Under the pieces are notes generated by a model, which made no database searches, was not told the origin of the DNA, and worked only from the letters and a program-made list of their open reading frames with translations. Position numbers and translations under genes: made by a program. Positions 28,768-39,757 of a stretch of 56,339 nt of DNA are shown here, piece after piece. Numbering within the stretch: the stretch's first letter is position 1; each line of letters begins with the position of its first letter. Source of the DNA: an uncultured Gammaproteobacteria bacterium (lineage in GTDB: Bacteria; Patescibacteriota; Patescibacteriia; SBBC01; CAIJZX01); assembly GCA_964518425.1 (NCBI GenBank), contig CAZFGG010000001.1, positions 120,597 through 176,935 of the forward strand, given 5' to 3'.

Positions 28768-29628
28768 ATGGGCGATCCCGATGGCCGTCCCGGCCGCCTG
28801 ACTATTGTTACCCACCGCAAGCCCCACCTCGACGAGGTGGTGGCGAGTTGGCTGCTCCGAACATTTGATCCGGCTTTCCAGGATTGTCAGTTCCAATTCA
28901 TTGCCAATTCTCCAACTGGTGGCCAGATTCCTCCCGGCGACCACATTGTTCCGCTGGGCATTGGCCGAGGGAAATACGATGAGCATGGTTTGAAAGCCGG
29001 GCAGTCGGCGACCAAATTAGTGTATGAAGATCTTCTGAAGCGGGGACTCATTCCGAATGATCGGTATGAAGATAAAGCCTTAGCATGGCTCGTTGAGTAC
29101 ACTCATAAAGAAGACACGGCTCAGTGGCAGATTCACGAATTGGAAAATCGTAGTTTCTCTTTGCCGGCAATTCTTCGCGGGATTTGGGTCAACCACAAGG
29201 GTGGCGATCCCGACCAAGACGAGATGCGCCTAGGACTAGAAATGATTGATGGTCTGGTAACGCAATTGAACGAACGGGCCAAGTTCTTGAGTGATTGGGA
29301 CCAGCGGATTGAGTTTGTGTCGCCGTGGGGTAAGGCCGTTGGCCTGAGGAGCACCTATCGTGGCAGCGATGCTTTTGCTTATCAGCACGGGTTCATCTTG
29401 CGGGTCCAAACTGATCCATCGAAGCCGTATGGGGATTTTCGTGGAGAAGCGTCGAGCACTGTCGACCTGACCTCAATCTATGATCAACTTCAGAAGCTTG
29501 AGCCGAACGCCTGGTTTCTTCACCAGACCAAAAAAATCCTTGTCTCAAACAGTGATTCGTCAGCGGGCAACAAACGTCCGGCGACCACATTCTCACTCCA
29601 ACAACTCATTGATTTCGTAAAGCAGTAA
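28768..29628 (+). CDS. MYG1/UPF0160-like metal-dependent hydrolase candidate, inserted in the str operon
   Basis: [19 protein letters not shown] and [11 protein letters not shown] resemble the MYG1 motifs GTH.G.FH.DE..A..LL and GG.YD...DHH. The gene starts 3 nt after the rpsG stop and ends 4 nt before fusA. Confidence 0.6.
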   Translation: MGDPDGRPGRLTIVTHRKPHLDEVVASWLLRTFDPAFQDCQFQFIANSPTGGQIPPGDHIVPLGIGRGKYDEHGLKAGQSATKLVYEDLLKRGLIPNDRYEDKALAWLVEYTHKEDTAQWQIHELENRSFSLPAILRGIWVNHKGGDPDQDEMRLGLEMIDGLVTQLNERAKFLSDWDQRIEFVSPWGKAVGLRSTYRGSDAFAYQHGFILRVQTDPSKPYGDFRGEASSTVDLTSIYDQLQKLEPNAWFLHQTKKILVSNSDSSAGNKRPATTFSLQQLIDFVKQ

Positions 29629-29632
29629 ATTT

Positions 29633-31711
29633 ATGCCCCGCGAGTATTCTCTCGAACAAACCCGAAACATCGGAATCATCGCCCACATTGATGCCGGTAA
29701 AACGACCGTCTCTGAGCGCATCCTTTTTTACACTGGGAAAAAGCATAAAATCGGCGAAGTCCATGAAGGCGCGGCCGAAATGGACTGGATGGAACAAGAG
29801 AAAGAGCGGGGGATTACCATCACCGCCGCCGCCACGACCTGCTTCTGGAAAAACCATCGCATTAACCTGATCGATACCCCGGGGCACATTGATTTCACGG
29901 TTGAGGTTCAGCGTTCGTTGCGCGTACTCGATGGCGGCGTGGTTGTCTTTGATGGCGTGGCTGGCGTTGAACCGCAGTCCGAAACGGTCTGGCACCAAGC
30001 CGAAAAATACAATGTCCCACGCATTTGTTTCATCAACAAGATGGACCGGATGGGCGCCGATTTCTATTTTGACATTAAATCAATTCACGAACGTTTGACC
30101 ACCCGAGCCTACCCGATTCAATTGCCGATTGGCGCGGCTGAAACGTTTCAAGGCATTATTGATTTGTTCGAACGGAAGGCTGAAATCTACAAAGACGAAA
30201 TGGGTAAGGAATTCGAGCAAACCGATGTGCCGGCCGACATGAAGGATAAGGTTGAAGAATACCGGCATACACTTATCGAAGCGATTTGCGAAACGGATGA
30301 TAAGTTGCTCGAGCAATACCTCGCTGGGACCGAGCCGTCCGTTCCGGAGCTGAAAGCGGCACTTCGTAAAGCGGTTATTTCGAATACGCTCGTGCCAGTC
30401 CTCTGCGGATCAGCCCTCAAGAACAAGGGCGTACAATTCTTACTTGACGGCGTCAACGATTACCTGCCGTCGCCGCTCGACATCCCACCAGTCAAAGCGA
30501 CTGACCCAAAAACCGGAGCCGAAGTTGTCCGTCCGACGAGCGACGACCAACCGTTTACCGCTTTAGCCTTTAAAATTGCCACTGATCCCTTCGTCGGCAA
30601 ACTGGCGTTCTTCCGTGTCTACGCTGGGCATCTGTCCGCTGGCAGCTATGTCTTGAATACCACCACCGGTGACAAAGAACGGATTGGCCGGATTGTCCGT
30701 CTGCACGCGAATTCACGTGAAGATGTTGGTGAGGTCTTTGCCGGAGAAATTGCGGCCGCCGTCGGTTTAAAAGGTACCGTCACGGGTGATACGCTCTGCG
30801 ACCCTGATCATCCGATCCAACTCGAAAATATTGTCTTTCCCGAACCAGTTATTGACATCGCCGTTGAACCGAAGACAAAACAAGATCAGGAAAAAATGGG
30901 TATTGCTTTGGCTCGCTTAGCTGAAGAAGACCCGACCTTCCGCGTTCGCTCCGACGAAGAAACGGCCCAGACGATTATCTCCGGCATGGGTGAACTCCAC
31001 CTCGACATCATTGTCGACCGGATGAAACGTGAATTCAAAGTTGAGGCCAACGGCGGCAAACCACGCGTCGCCTACCGCGAAACAATCACGGCCACGGCTG
31101 AAGGCGAAGGCAAGTACATCAAGCAGTCTGGCGGTCGCGGTCAATATGGCCACTGTTGGATCCGCGTTGAACCGAACGAAACTGGCAAAGGCTATGAGTT
31201 CATTGACGAGGTCAAAGGCGGCGCTATTCCCCGCGAGTTCATCACGCCAATCAACAAGGGGATCAAAGAAGCCTTGGATACGGGCGTTATCGCGGGCTAC
31301 CCCATGGTCGACATCAAAGCCACGGTCTTCGACGGTTCCTCCCACGACGTTGACTCGTCCGAAGCCGCCTTCAAAATCGCTGGGTCGATGGGCTTTAAGG
31401 AAGCGGCCCGGAAAGCCAAGCCGGTGATCCTTGAGCCGATCATGAAAGTTGAAGTCATTACACCGGAAACGAATATGGGTGATGTCATTGGTGATCTGAA
31501 CTCGAAGCGAGCGGTGATCAACGCCATGAATGACCGCGGCCAAGCCAAAGTCGTTGATGCCCATGTTCCCTTAGGTGAAATGTTCGGCTACGCGACGTCC
31601 CTGCGATCGATGACCCAAGGTCGGGCCTCATACTCGATGGAATTCTCGCACTACCAATCTGTCCCGAAAAACGTGGCGGATACGATTGTGGGGGAGAGGG
31701 CAAAAGCATAA
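29633..31711 (+). CDS. fusA: Elongation factor G
   Basis: [15 protein letters not shown] and DTPGHIDF; 692 aa. Confidence 0.98.
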   Translation: MPREYSLEQTRNIGIIAHIDAGKTTVSERILFYTGKKHKIGEVHEGAAEMDWMEQEKERGITITAAATTCFWKNHRINLIDTPGHIDFTVEVQRSLRVLDGGVVVFDGVAGVEPQSETVWHQAEKYNVPRICFINKMDRMGADFYFDIKSIHERLTTRAYPIQLPIGAAETFQGIIDLFERKAEIYKDEMGKEFEQTDVPADMKDKVEEYRHTLIEAICETDDKLLEQYLAGTEPSVPELKAALRKAVISNTLVPVLCGSALKNKGVQFLLDGVNDYLPSPLDIPPVKATDPKTGAEVVRPTSDDQPFTALAFKIATDPFVGKLAFFRVYAGHLSAGSYVLNTTTGDKERIGRIVRLHANSREDVGEVFAGEIAAAVGLKGTVTGDTLCDPDHPIQLENIVFPEPVIDIAVEPKTKQDQEKMGIALARLAEEDPTFRVRSDEETAQTIISGMGELHLDIIVDRMKREFKVEANGGKPRVAYRETITATAEGEGKYIKQSGGRGQYGHCWIRVEPNETGKGYEFIDEVKGGAIPREFITPINKGIKEALDTGVIAGYPMVDIKATVFDGSSHDVDSSEAAFKIAGSMGFKEAARKAKPVILEPIMKVEVITPETNMGDVIGDLNSKRAVINAMNDRGQAKVVDAHVPLGEMFGYATSLRSMTQGRASYSMEFSHYQSVPKNVADTIVGERAKA

Positions 31712-31730
31712 ATAATTCTGCAGCGGTGGT

Positions 31731-31767
31731 ACACAGCGCCGGTTTCGAAACCGGCGCTGTGTTTTTT
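31731..31767 (+). terminator. Intrinsic terminator after fusA
   Basis: Perfect palindrome ACACAGCGCCGGTTT..AAACCGGCGCTGTGT (about 13 bp effective stem) followed by T6. Confidence 0.85.
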
Positions 31768-31798
31768 CAATAAGCCAATGCTTATCCGGACAACCTGT

Positions 31799-32220
31799 GA
31801 ATAAATCTGCGGAAAACCCTGGGGGTAGGCTGGTGAAAACACCGCTTGTGCCGATACTGGCCATGCTTTATTCTTTTTTCACGAAGCAGCGACCGTCCGT
31901 TTGTAACCGATGAGGCCAGAGGCCAGTGACCACGCAAGTGGAAACAAACCGATGACCAGGAGAGTCGAAGCGATCGTAAGATCGAAAAGACAATCCGACA
32001 GAGGATACGAACAAAACTGGTGCGACCGGAGAAACGGAAGCGATTGCGGCCCACAAAGCCACGAACGAGACCGAATCATCGGAACATCAGTTGATCGAAA
32101 GATCAGAACCTCTATGCCAAGGTCTGGGGCAACCTGGATCACAACATGAGTTCTCGACGAACACGCTGCCTCAAGGGGCCCCGAAACTTCAGCAATGAAG
32201 CGTAAGGGCCCTCTTTTTTT
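31799..32220 (+). ncRNA. Candidate large structured RNA(s) in the fusA-tuf spacer, family unresolved
   Basis: No credible ORF. Four GNRA-tetraloop hairpins: CCAC-GCAA-GTGG 31930-31941, CGATC-GTAA-GATCG 31971-31984, TGATC-GAAA-GATCA 32092-32105, CTTCA-GCAA-TGAAG 32187-32200. An internal T6 lies at 31874-31879 and a terminal hairpin plus T7 at 32175-32220. Confidence 0.45.
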
Positions 32221-32282
32221 GCTAAGATTAGCTTAGAATGTGGTTTTGAGAACCTGACTGCTAGCCCATTTTAGGCCAAGAC

Positions 32283-32311
32283 TTGCGTTATTTCAGCCAT
32301 CTTGATATACT
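32283..32311 (+). promoter_or_regulatory. Sigma-70 type promoter for tuf (TTGCGT-N17-TATACT)
   Basis: 17-nt spacing, about 60 nt upstream of the tuf ATG. Confidence 0.55.
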
Positions 32312-32371
32312 CCGACCTGCGTTTCACGTGCTTTCTTAAGCAATTTTTTAACTTCGTAGGCATATACGACC

Positions 32372-33562
<1,191 letters not shown>

Positions 33563-33590
33563 GACTCGTCTACAACTGACCGCACCTTCG

Positions 33591-33944
33591 ATGCCCGACG
33601 ATCACCAAGTTCCGGCCGCTCCGGCTCCTGACGAGGAAGTCCATCAACGACTTCGCATCAAGATCCGCGCCTACGACCACAAGATCATCGATCAATCGAC
33701 CAAAACGATTATCGACACGGCCTTACGGACCGGCGCGAAGATTAAAGGTCCGGTTCCACTGCCCACCGAACGAAGCAAGTATACGGTTATCCGTTCCTCC
33801 TTCGTCCACAAGAACTCCCGGGAGCAGTACGAAATGCGGACCCACAAGCGACTGGTCGATATCATTGATCCAACCGCGAAAACGGTCGACGCTCTGACCT
33901 CACTGAACTTGCCGGCCGGCGTGGACATCGAAATTAAGTCCTAA
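33591..33944 (+). CDS. rpsJ: 30S ribosomal protein S10 (with about 15 aa of N-terminal extension)
   Basis: [13 protein letters not shown] and GPVPLPT; first gene of the S10 cluster. Confidence 0.95.
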   Translation: MPDDHQVPAAPAPDEEVHQRLRIKIRAYDHKIIDQSTKTIIDTALRTGAKIKGPVPLPTERSKYTVIRSSFVHKNSREQYEMRTHKRLVDIIDPTAKTVDALTSLNLPAGVDIEIKS

Positions 33945-34099
33945 CCTAACTTCATACAATTTATTTCAGCGGCACCTAGTTCCGGGGATGACAAGACTTG
34001 TCACCGATGCCCTAATCCCCGGACAACAGCTGCCAACGATTCTACCGCCGCGGTGGACGTTGGTCCGCCGCGGCGGAACTGTATTCTCTCAACTCTCTC

Positions 34100-34714
34100 A
34101 TGAAATTCATTCTCGGCCAGAAAAAGCAGATGACCCAAATCTTCCGTGACGACGGCACAGTGGTTCCTGTGACCGTGGTCAAAGCCGAGCCGAACGGCGT
34201 GACCGCCGTCCGAACCAAGGAGAAGGATGGCTACACGGCCGTTCAACTCGGTACCGGGAACCGGAAAGCCAAGCGGGTCCATAAACCGCAGCGGGAAGAT
34301 TGGAAAGATCTTGGCAGTTTTGCTTTTGTTCGTGAAGTCCGCGTCGCTGATGTTGGTGACATGGCCAAAGGCAAGAAGGTTGACCTGACGCAGTTCCAAC
34401 CTGGCGACATAGTTCAGGTCACGGGCACCTCAAAAGGCCGCGGCTTCGCCGGCGTGGTTAAACGTCATCATTTTCGCGGCGGTCCGGCCTCACACGGTCA
34501 CAAAGATAACCTCCGCGCGCCTGGTTCGATCGGCGCGACCTTCCCGCAGCACGTCATGAAAGGTACACGCATGGCTGGCCGGCTGGGCAACGCCAAAATC
34601 ACGGTTAAGAATTTGGAAGTCGTTGGCGTCAAACCGGAAGTCAACGAACTCTGGCTGAGAGGCGCTGTCCCCGGTCCCCGGAACAGTTTCGTTATCATTT
34701 CCTCGGTCGTCTAA
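34100..34714 (+). CDS. rplC: 50S ribosomal protein L3
   Basis: GKKKQMTQIF...G..VPVTV and TSKGRGFAGV.KRH.F; operon position. Confidence 0.97.
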   Translation: MKFILGQKKQMTQIFRDDGTVVPVTVVKAEPNGVTAVRTKEKDGYTAVQLGTGNRKAKRVHKPQREDWKDLGSFAFVREVRVADVGDMAKGKKVDLTQFQPGDIVQVTGTSKGRGFAGVVKRHHFRGGPASHGHKDNLRAPGSIGATFPQHVMKGTRMAGRLGNAKITVKNLEVVGVKPEVNELWLRGAVPGPRNSFVIISSVV

Positions 34715-34715
34715 T

Positions 34716-35345
34716 ATGCCCAAGGCAAAACTCTACAATCAAACTGGTCAGGCGTTAGGAGACGTTGACCTCGACGCCAAAGTTTTTGATCTCGCGCCGA
34801 ACCGGGGTTTGATCGAGCAAGCTGTCGTGACGACGCTCGCTAACCGGCGCCTGGTTCTAGCCCACACCAAGACGAAAGGCGAGGTTCGTGGCGGTGGCCG
34901 AAAGCCTTGGCGACAAAAAGGTACTGGCCGCGCGCGACATGGCTCCATCCGCTCACCGCAGTGGAAAGGCGGCGGGGTTATCTTCGGCCCGCGAAAAAAT
35001 CGCAACTACACGTTGAAAATGAATGTCTCGGCGAAACGGAAAGCATTGCTCATGACGTTGTCGGATAAAGCCCAGAACAATCGATTAGCGGTCGTTGATA
35101 AAATTGACTTAGCCGGACCGAAGACCAAAGAATTTTCTAAAATTGTCACGTCTTTGCCACATCAGAAAACGAACTTGTTTATTGTTCCGGCCACCAACAT
35201 GACGCTCATCAAGTCCGGCCGCAATATTCCCGGCGTGACCTTCATCCGAGCCGACAGCTTGAACGTCTATGATATTGTCCGTCACCAACAGCTGGTCGTG
35301 ATGCAAGATGCCTTGCCGGTTATTTCTAAAACCTACCTCAAGTAA
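34716..35345 (+). CDS. rplD: 50S ribosomal protein L4
   Basis: GGGRKPWRQKGTGRAR.GS.RSP.W.GGG; operon position. Confidence 0.97.
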   Translation: MPKAKLYNQTGQALGDVDLDAKVFDLAPNRGLIEQAVVTTLANRRLVLAHTKTKGEVRGGGRKPWRQKGTGRARHGSIRSPQWKGGGVIFGPRKNRNYTLKMNVSAKRKALLMTLSDKAQNNRLAVVDKIDLAGPKTKEFSKIVTSLPHQKTNLFIVPATNMTLIKSGRNIPGVTFIRADSLNVYDIVRHQQLVVMQDALPVISKTYLK

Positions 35346-35347
35346 CC

Positions 35348-35824
35348 ATGGGCATCTTCGATCGATTCACCAGTCGCAAAGGCAAGCAGGACACGGTCAA
35401 ACCAAAGGCCGGCAAGGTTCAAGCTGACGACGCTAAGCAAAAAGCCTTTGCGAACGTTCCGTCTGGCGACGAAAAAACGGCCACGCCGGAAAAAAATTCC
35501 GACCAAAAATCTACGCCCAAAGCTCTGACCGCCAAAGATTCGACGCAACGCGCTCACCGGGTCTTGCTCCGACCAGTCGTGACTGAAAAATCGACCATGG
35601 GCCAGGCGAAATCTCAGTATTCCTTCGTCATCGCCGCCCAGGCCACGAAAGTTGATGTCCGCCATGCCGTCTACCACGTCTACGGAGTCACGCCGGTCAG
35701 CGTCAACATTGTTAGTTTGCCTGGCAAATGGGTCCGCTATGGGCGTTCGACTGGCCGGACCGTCGATCGGAAGAAGGCTATTGTCACCTTGCCCGCCGGC
35801 AAGACCATTGATACCGCCTCCTAA
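35348..35824 (+). CDS. rplW: 50S ribosomal protein L23 with about 60 aa of Lys/Ala/Asp-rich N-terminal extension
   Basis: The C-terminal 95 aa carry the L23 pattern (LLRPVVTEKST......YSF.V...A.K..V..AV...Y.V.). The N-terminus is low-complexity. Confidence 0.93.
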   Translation: MGIFDRFTSRKGKQDTVKPKAGKVQADDAKQKAFANVPSGDEKTATPEKNSDQKSTPKALTAKDSTQRAHRVLLRPVVTEKSTMGQAKSQYSFVIAAQATKVDVRHAVYHVYGVTPVSVNIVSLPGKWVRYGRSTGRTVDRKKAIVTLPAGKTIDTAS

Positions 35825-35825
35825 T

Positions 35826-36662
35826 ATGCCCGTCCGCATTTACCAACCCACCAGTCCCGGTCGCCGACATTCGTCGGTCAATGACTACGCTGAATTGCAG
35901 GGCCAGCAACAGCCCCACAAGCCCCTGTTACAATCGGTTAAGAAAACGGCCGGCCGGAACGTCCAAGGGAAAATCACGGTTCGTCATCGGGGCGGCGGCA
36001 ACAAGCGGTTCTACCGAATGGTTGATTTCCGTCAGGACCGGCTCAACCAGCCAGCCACGATTATTGGTATTCAGTATGATCCGACGCGGAGCGCCCATGT
36101 CGCTTTGGTCGAATTCGCTGATCACGCCAAGCAGTACATCCTCGCGCCGCAGGGTATTCAAATCGGTCAAACCGTGATATCCTCGGCCGGCAAAGTTGAA
36201 GTCAAAACCGGCAACCGGACCCAGCTCCAGTTCATTCCGACCGGCGTCGCCATTCACAACATTGAGCTCGTTCCAGCCAAAGGCGGCGCGATCGTTCGTT
36301 CAGCCGGAAACGCCGCGACCATCCTCTCGATTGAAGGCGACCACGCCCTCATTAAGCTGCCCTCCGGTGAAATACGACAAATCCCGAAAGAAGCTCGAGC
36401 GTCAATTGGTCAACTCGGCAATATCGACCATAGCAATATTCGCTGGGGCAAAGCCGGTCGCATGCGTTGGCGCGGCCGCCGGCCATCAGTTCGTGGTAAA
36501 GCCATGAACCCGGTTGATCACCCTCATGGCGGCGGTGAAGGGAACCAGCCAATTGGTATGAAGTACCCGAAGACCCCGTGGGGTAAACATGCCTTAGGCG
36601 TCAAAACCCGCCGCAAAAAGAAATATTCGAACCGATCAATTATTTCGCGTCGCCCTCGATAA
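35826..36662 (+). CDS. rplB: 50S ribosomal protein L2
   Basis: MPVRIYQPTSPGRR, HRGGG.KR.YR and VRG.AMNPVDHPHGGGEG. Confidence 0.98.
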   Translation: MPVRIYQPTSPGRRHSSVNDYAELQGQQQPHKPLLQSVKKTAGRNVQGKITVRHRGGGNKRFYRMVDFRQDRLNQPATIIGIQYDPTRSAHVALVEFADHAKQYILAPQGIQIGQTVISSAGKVEVKTGNRTQLQFIPTGVAIHNIELVPAKGGAIVRSAGNAATILSIEGDHALIKLPSGEIRQIPKEARASIGQLGNIDHSNIRWGKAGRMRWRGRRPSVRGKAMNPVDHPHGGGEGNQPIGMKYPKTPWGKHALGVKTRRKKKYSNRSIISRRPR

Positions 36663-36665
36663 TTT

Positions 36666-37004
36666 ATGAGCCGCTCACTCAAAAAAGGACCATTCACCGA
36701 CCCGAAACTCCTGACCAAGGTGTCAAAGTTGAAGGTGGGCGACAAGACCATCATCAAAACCTGGTCACGCGATTCGGTCATCACGCCGGGCATGGTTGGC
36801 TTCACCTTCGGCGTCCACAATGGGAAAAACCATATCTCGGTCTTCGTCGTTGAGAACATGGTTGGCCATCGCTTAGGCGAATTCTCGCCGACCAAGAAAT
36901 TCGTCCGGCACGGCGGTAAGATGCAAAAGGAATTGGAAACCAAGCAAACGGAAACTCCCGCCGCGGCAGCCCCCGCTGCCAAAGCCGAAGGATCAAAGAA
37001 ATAA
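36666..37004 (+). CDS. rpsS: 30S ribosomal protein S19 (C-terminal Ala/Lys-rich tail)
   Basis: [14 protein letters not shown] and [13 protein letters not shown]. Confidence 0.97.
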   Translation: MSRSLKKGPFTDPKLLTKVSKLKVGDKTIIKTWSRDSVITPGMVGFTFGVHNGKNHISVFVVENMVGHRLGEFSPTKKFVRHGGKMQKELETKQTETPAAAAPAAKAEGSKK

Positions 37005-37007
37005 TCT

Positions 37008-37523
37008 ATGGAAGTTCGCGCCCATCTTCGTCATCTCCGTCTGGCTCCCCGAAAAGTTCGGTTGGTGGTTGACCTTGTTCGCGGTATGCCCGTTGATCAA
37101 GCCGTCGACCAATTGACGATTTTGCCGAAAGCCAGTTCTTTGCCTGTCTTAAAACTCTTGAATTCAGCTATCGCCAACGCCGAACATAATTTTAAACTCG
37201 ATCGAAAAACGCTCCACATCAAATCGATTGTCGCCAACGAAGGCCCGCGGTTGAAACGGTATCGACCCCGTGCCTTCGGCCGAGCGGCTGAAATTTTGAA
37301 GCGATCAAGTCACATTACTATTGTCCTTGAAGACTCGGGCCATTCCGCCCCGCCGGCGAAAACGAAGCAGCGGGTGACCACCGTTGATGTACCGGTGACA
37401 GATATCAAAAAGGCGACGCCTGAACCGAAAATGCCGGCCAGTATGAAAAGCAACACCGGCGCCTCACGGACGGCCGCCCACCAAGCACAAGACAAGACCA
37501 TTCATCGTCAAGGGAAAGACTAG
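37008..37523 (+). CDS. rplV: 50S ribosomal protein L22 with about 60 aa of C-terminal extension
   Basis: The L22 core is RLAPRKVRLV.DL.RG......A...L, followed by a Pro/Lys/Thr-rich tail. Confidence 0.95.
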   Translation: MEVRAHLRHLRLAPRKVRLVVDLVRGMPVDQAVDQLTILPKASSLPVLKLLNSAIANAEHNFKLDRKTLHIKSIVANEGPRLKRYRPRAFGRAAEILKRSSHITIVLEDSGHSAPPAKTKQRVTTVDVPVTDIKKATPEPKMPASMKSNTGASRTAAHQAQDKTIHRQGKD

Positions 37524-37526
37524 ACT

Positions 37527-38177
37527 ATGGGACAGAAAGTTCATCCAAAGAGTTTCCGACTCGGCGTCACCTCAAAGTGGAACGCCAAGTGGTTCGCGAC
37601 GCGAACATTTGCTAAGCTTCTCCGCCAAGACGTGATGATCCGGAAATTCTTGAAAGTGAAATTACCGAGCGCTGGCTTGGCCGGGATTGAAATTGAGCGC
37701 TCGCTCCAGAATTTGACGGTTACGATTCATACGTCCAAACCCGGTGTCGTTATTGGCCGCGGTGGGCAGGGGATTGAACTGCTTCGCCAAGGCATCCGCC
37801 GACTCCTCATGGGCCAGGGGAAATACAACGTCAAGTTGAACGTTCAAGAAGTCCAAAAGCCGGAGCTCTCAGCTCAAGTCATGGTTGGGAACATCGCCGA
37901 ACAACTGGAAAAACGTATCCCTTTCCGCCGTATCCTCAAGCAAACCATTGAGCAAGTCAGCCAAGCGGGCGCCAAGGGGGTCAAGGTCATGGTCGGCGGT
38001 CGGCTCAACGGCGCGGATATTGCCCGAACCGAAATGTTATCCAGCGGTAGCCTTCCTCTGCAAACCCTTCGCGCCGACATTGATTATGCCCGCGGCGAAG
38101 CCCAAACCACCTACGGAAAAATCGGCATCAAGGTCTGGATTTACAAAGGTGAGATTTTTAAGGACGAGAAAGCCTAA
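37527..38177 (+). CDS. rpsC: 30S ribosomal protein S3
   Basis: MGQKVHP..FRLG and the KH-domain GVVIGRGG. Confidence 0.98.
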   Translation: MGQKVHPKSFRLGVTSKWNAKWFATRTFAKLLRQDVMIRKFLKVKLPSAGLAGIEIERSLQNLTVTIHTSKPGVVIGRGGQGIELLRQGIRRLLMGQGKYNVKLNVQEVQKPELSAQVMVGNIAEQLEKRIPFRRILKQTIEQVSQAGAKGVKVMVGGRLNGADIARTEMLSSGSLPLQTLRADIDYARGEAQTTYGKIGIKVWIYKGEIFKDEKA

Positions 38178-38179
38178 GT

Positions 38180-38599
38180 ATGTTGTTACCGAAGAAGGTT
38201 AAACATCGCAAATGGCACCGTGGCCGAGTCCGCGGCAAAGCGACCGATAAAATCGCGGTAGCCTTCGGGACCTTCGGATTGAAATCAACCGAACGGAGTT
38301 GGGTGACCGCTCGCCAGATTGAAGCTGCTCGACGGGCCATGACCCGTTTCGTCCAGCGCGGCGGAAAAATCTGGATCCGTATTTTTCCCGATAAACCGGT
38401 GACCGTCAAAGGGAATGAGATCCGGATGGGTGGTGGGAAAGGCGCGGTTGACCACTTCGTCGCCGTCGTCAAACCAGGAACCGTTTTGTTCGAAATGGAT
38501 GGCGTCAAAGAAGATGTCGCGCGGCAAGCCATGAAACTGGCCGCCTATAAGCTCCCCGTCAAAACGAAATTTATTACCCGTGAGCATCACATTGCCTAA
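38180..38599 (+). CDS. rplP: 50S ribosomal protein L16
   Basis: MLLPKK.K.RK..RGR..G and RMGGGKG. Confidence 0.98.
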   Translation: MLLPKKVKHRKWHRGRVRGKATDKIAVAFGTFGLKSTERSWVTARQIEAARRAMTRFVQRGGKIWIRIFPDKPVTVKGNEIRMGGGKGAVDHFVAVVKPGTVLFEMDGVKEDVARQAMKLAAYKLPVKTKFITREHHIA

Positions 38600-38603
38600 C
38601 GAT

Positions 38604-38807
38604 ATGGACTGGACGGAGATCACTCGCAAAGGTCAACCTGAATTGGAACGACTCTTAGCGTCCAATCGGGAACGGCTTCGCTCCCTCCGGTTCGCCGTCA
38701 GCCAGGGTCAACACAAAGATGTCCGTGACCTGCGCGAACTGAAGCATGATATTGCTCGCTTGATGACAAAACTGCGTCAACTCAAGACTGTCAAACCGAC
38801 CGCTTAA
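38604..38807 (+). CDS. rpmC: 50S ribosomal protein L29
   Basis: Helical 67-aa ORF in the L16-S17 slot (L..L..L...RF....GQ......L......IAR). An alternative start at 38580 overlaps rplP. Confidence 0.9.
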   Translation: MDWTEITRKGQPELERLLASNRERLRSLRFAVSQGQHKDVRDLRELKHDIARLMTKLRQLKTVKPTA

Positions 38808-38811
38808 CTTT

Positions 38812-39069
38812 ATGCCGAACTCTACTGCCCGCCGCCGCCAACTGATCGGAACCGTCGTCTCTGACAAAATGACGAAGACGGTTGTCGTTAAAATTCAGCG
38901 GACCGTCAGTCATCCCAAGTATGGTAAACAGTACGCTGTCTCGAAGCGTTTTGCCGCTCATGATGAACAGGGGCAGTACCATGTTGGTGACGAAGTCGTG
39001 ATTGAAGAAACGCGACCGCTATCGGCCACCAAGCGCTGGCGAGTCATTCGGAAAGTATCACGTCCATGA
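38812..39069 (+). CDS. rpsQ: 30S ribosomal protein S17
   Basis: L.G.VVSDKM.KT.VV.....V.HP.YGK. Confidence 0.96.
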   Translation: MPNSTARRRQLIGTVVSDKMTKTVVVKIQRTVSHPKYGKQYAVSKRFAAHDEQGQYHVGDEVVIEETRPLSATKRWRVIRKVSRP

Positions 39070-39437
39070 TCCAACTCCGAAGCATTCTCAAGCCAGCTGA
39101 TAACACCGGCGCCAAACGCGTGGCCGTCTTCCGTGTTTGGGGCGGCTACAAGAAACGCTATGGCCAACTCGGCGATATCGTGACCGGCTCGGTCAAGGAA
39201 GCGACGCCCCATGGGATGGTCAAGAAAGGGGACGTCGTGCACCTCGTCATCGTCCGTCAACGCAAAGAATACCGCCGCTCGGATGGGACCTACATTCGCT
39301 TTAGTGAAAACGCCGGAGTGATTATCGACCCTAAATCGAAGGAACCAAAAGGTACGCGCATCTTCGGTCCGATCGCTCGCGAACTCAAGGCCAAAGGTTT
39401 TTCAAAAATTGTGTCACTGGCTCCCGAAGTTCTCTAA
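39066..39437 (+). CDS. rplN: 50S ribosomal protein L14
   Basis: MIQ.RS.L..ADN.GAK and RIFGP.ARELK; ATGA overlap with rpsQ. Confidence 0.98.
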   Translation: MIQLRSILKPADNTGAKRVAVFRVWGGYKKRYGQLGDIVTGSVKEATPHGMVKKGDVVHLVIVRQRKEYRRSDGTYIRFSENAGVIIDPKSKEPKGTRIFGPIARELKAKGFSKIVSLAPEVL

Positions 39438-39438
39438 T

Positions 39439-39756
39439 ATGCCGCACCCCAAGATAAAATCTGGCGATATGGTCCTCGTCATCTCCGGCCGCGATAAAGG
39501 CAAAAAGGGGAAGGTCCTTCAGGTCCTACCAGCGGAATGGAAAGTCGTTGTCGAAGGCGTCAACTCCATGACCAAGAATGTCCGGGCCCGTCAACAGAAG
39601 GAATCCGGCCAGCGGGTCCAGTTCAATGCACCGATTCATCTCTCCAATGTCATGCTGGTCGATCCGAAATCTGGTCATCCAACCCGGATTGGTAGCACCA
39701 TGGTCAATGACAAAAAAGTCCGTCGTGTCGTCCGGACCAAGGAACAACTGACCTAA
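39439..39756 (+). CDS. rplX: 50S ribosomal protein L24
   Basis: [20 protein letters not shown] (KOW motif). Confidence 0.96.
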   Translation: MPHPKIKSGDMVLVISGRDKGKKGKVLQVLPAEWKVVVEGVNSMTKNVRARQQKESGQRVQFNAPIHLSNVMLVDPKSGHPTRIGSTMVNDKKVRRVVRTKEQLT

Positions 39757-39757
39757 T

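Noticed and set aside
30917-31564. 215-aa minus-strand ORF
   Set aside because: It is antisense to fusA (EF-G) and is a shadow ORF.
35333-35839. 168-aa minus-strand ORF
   Set aside because: It is antisense to rplW inside the ribosomal operon and has Gly/Arg-rich shadow composition.
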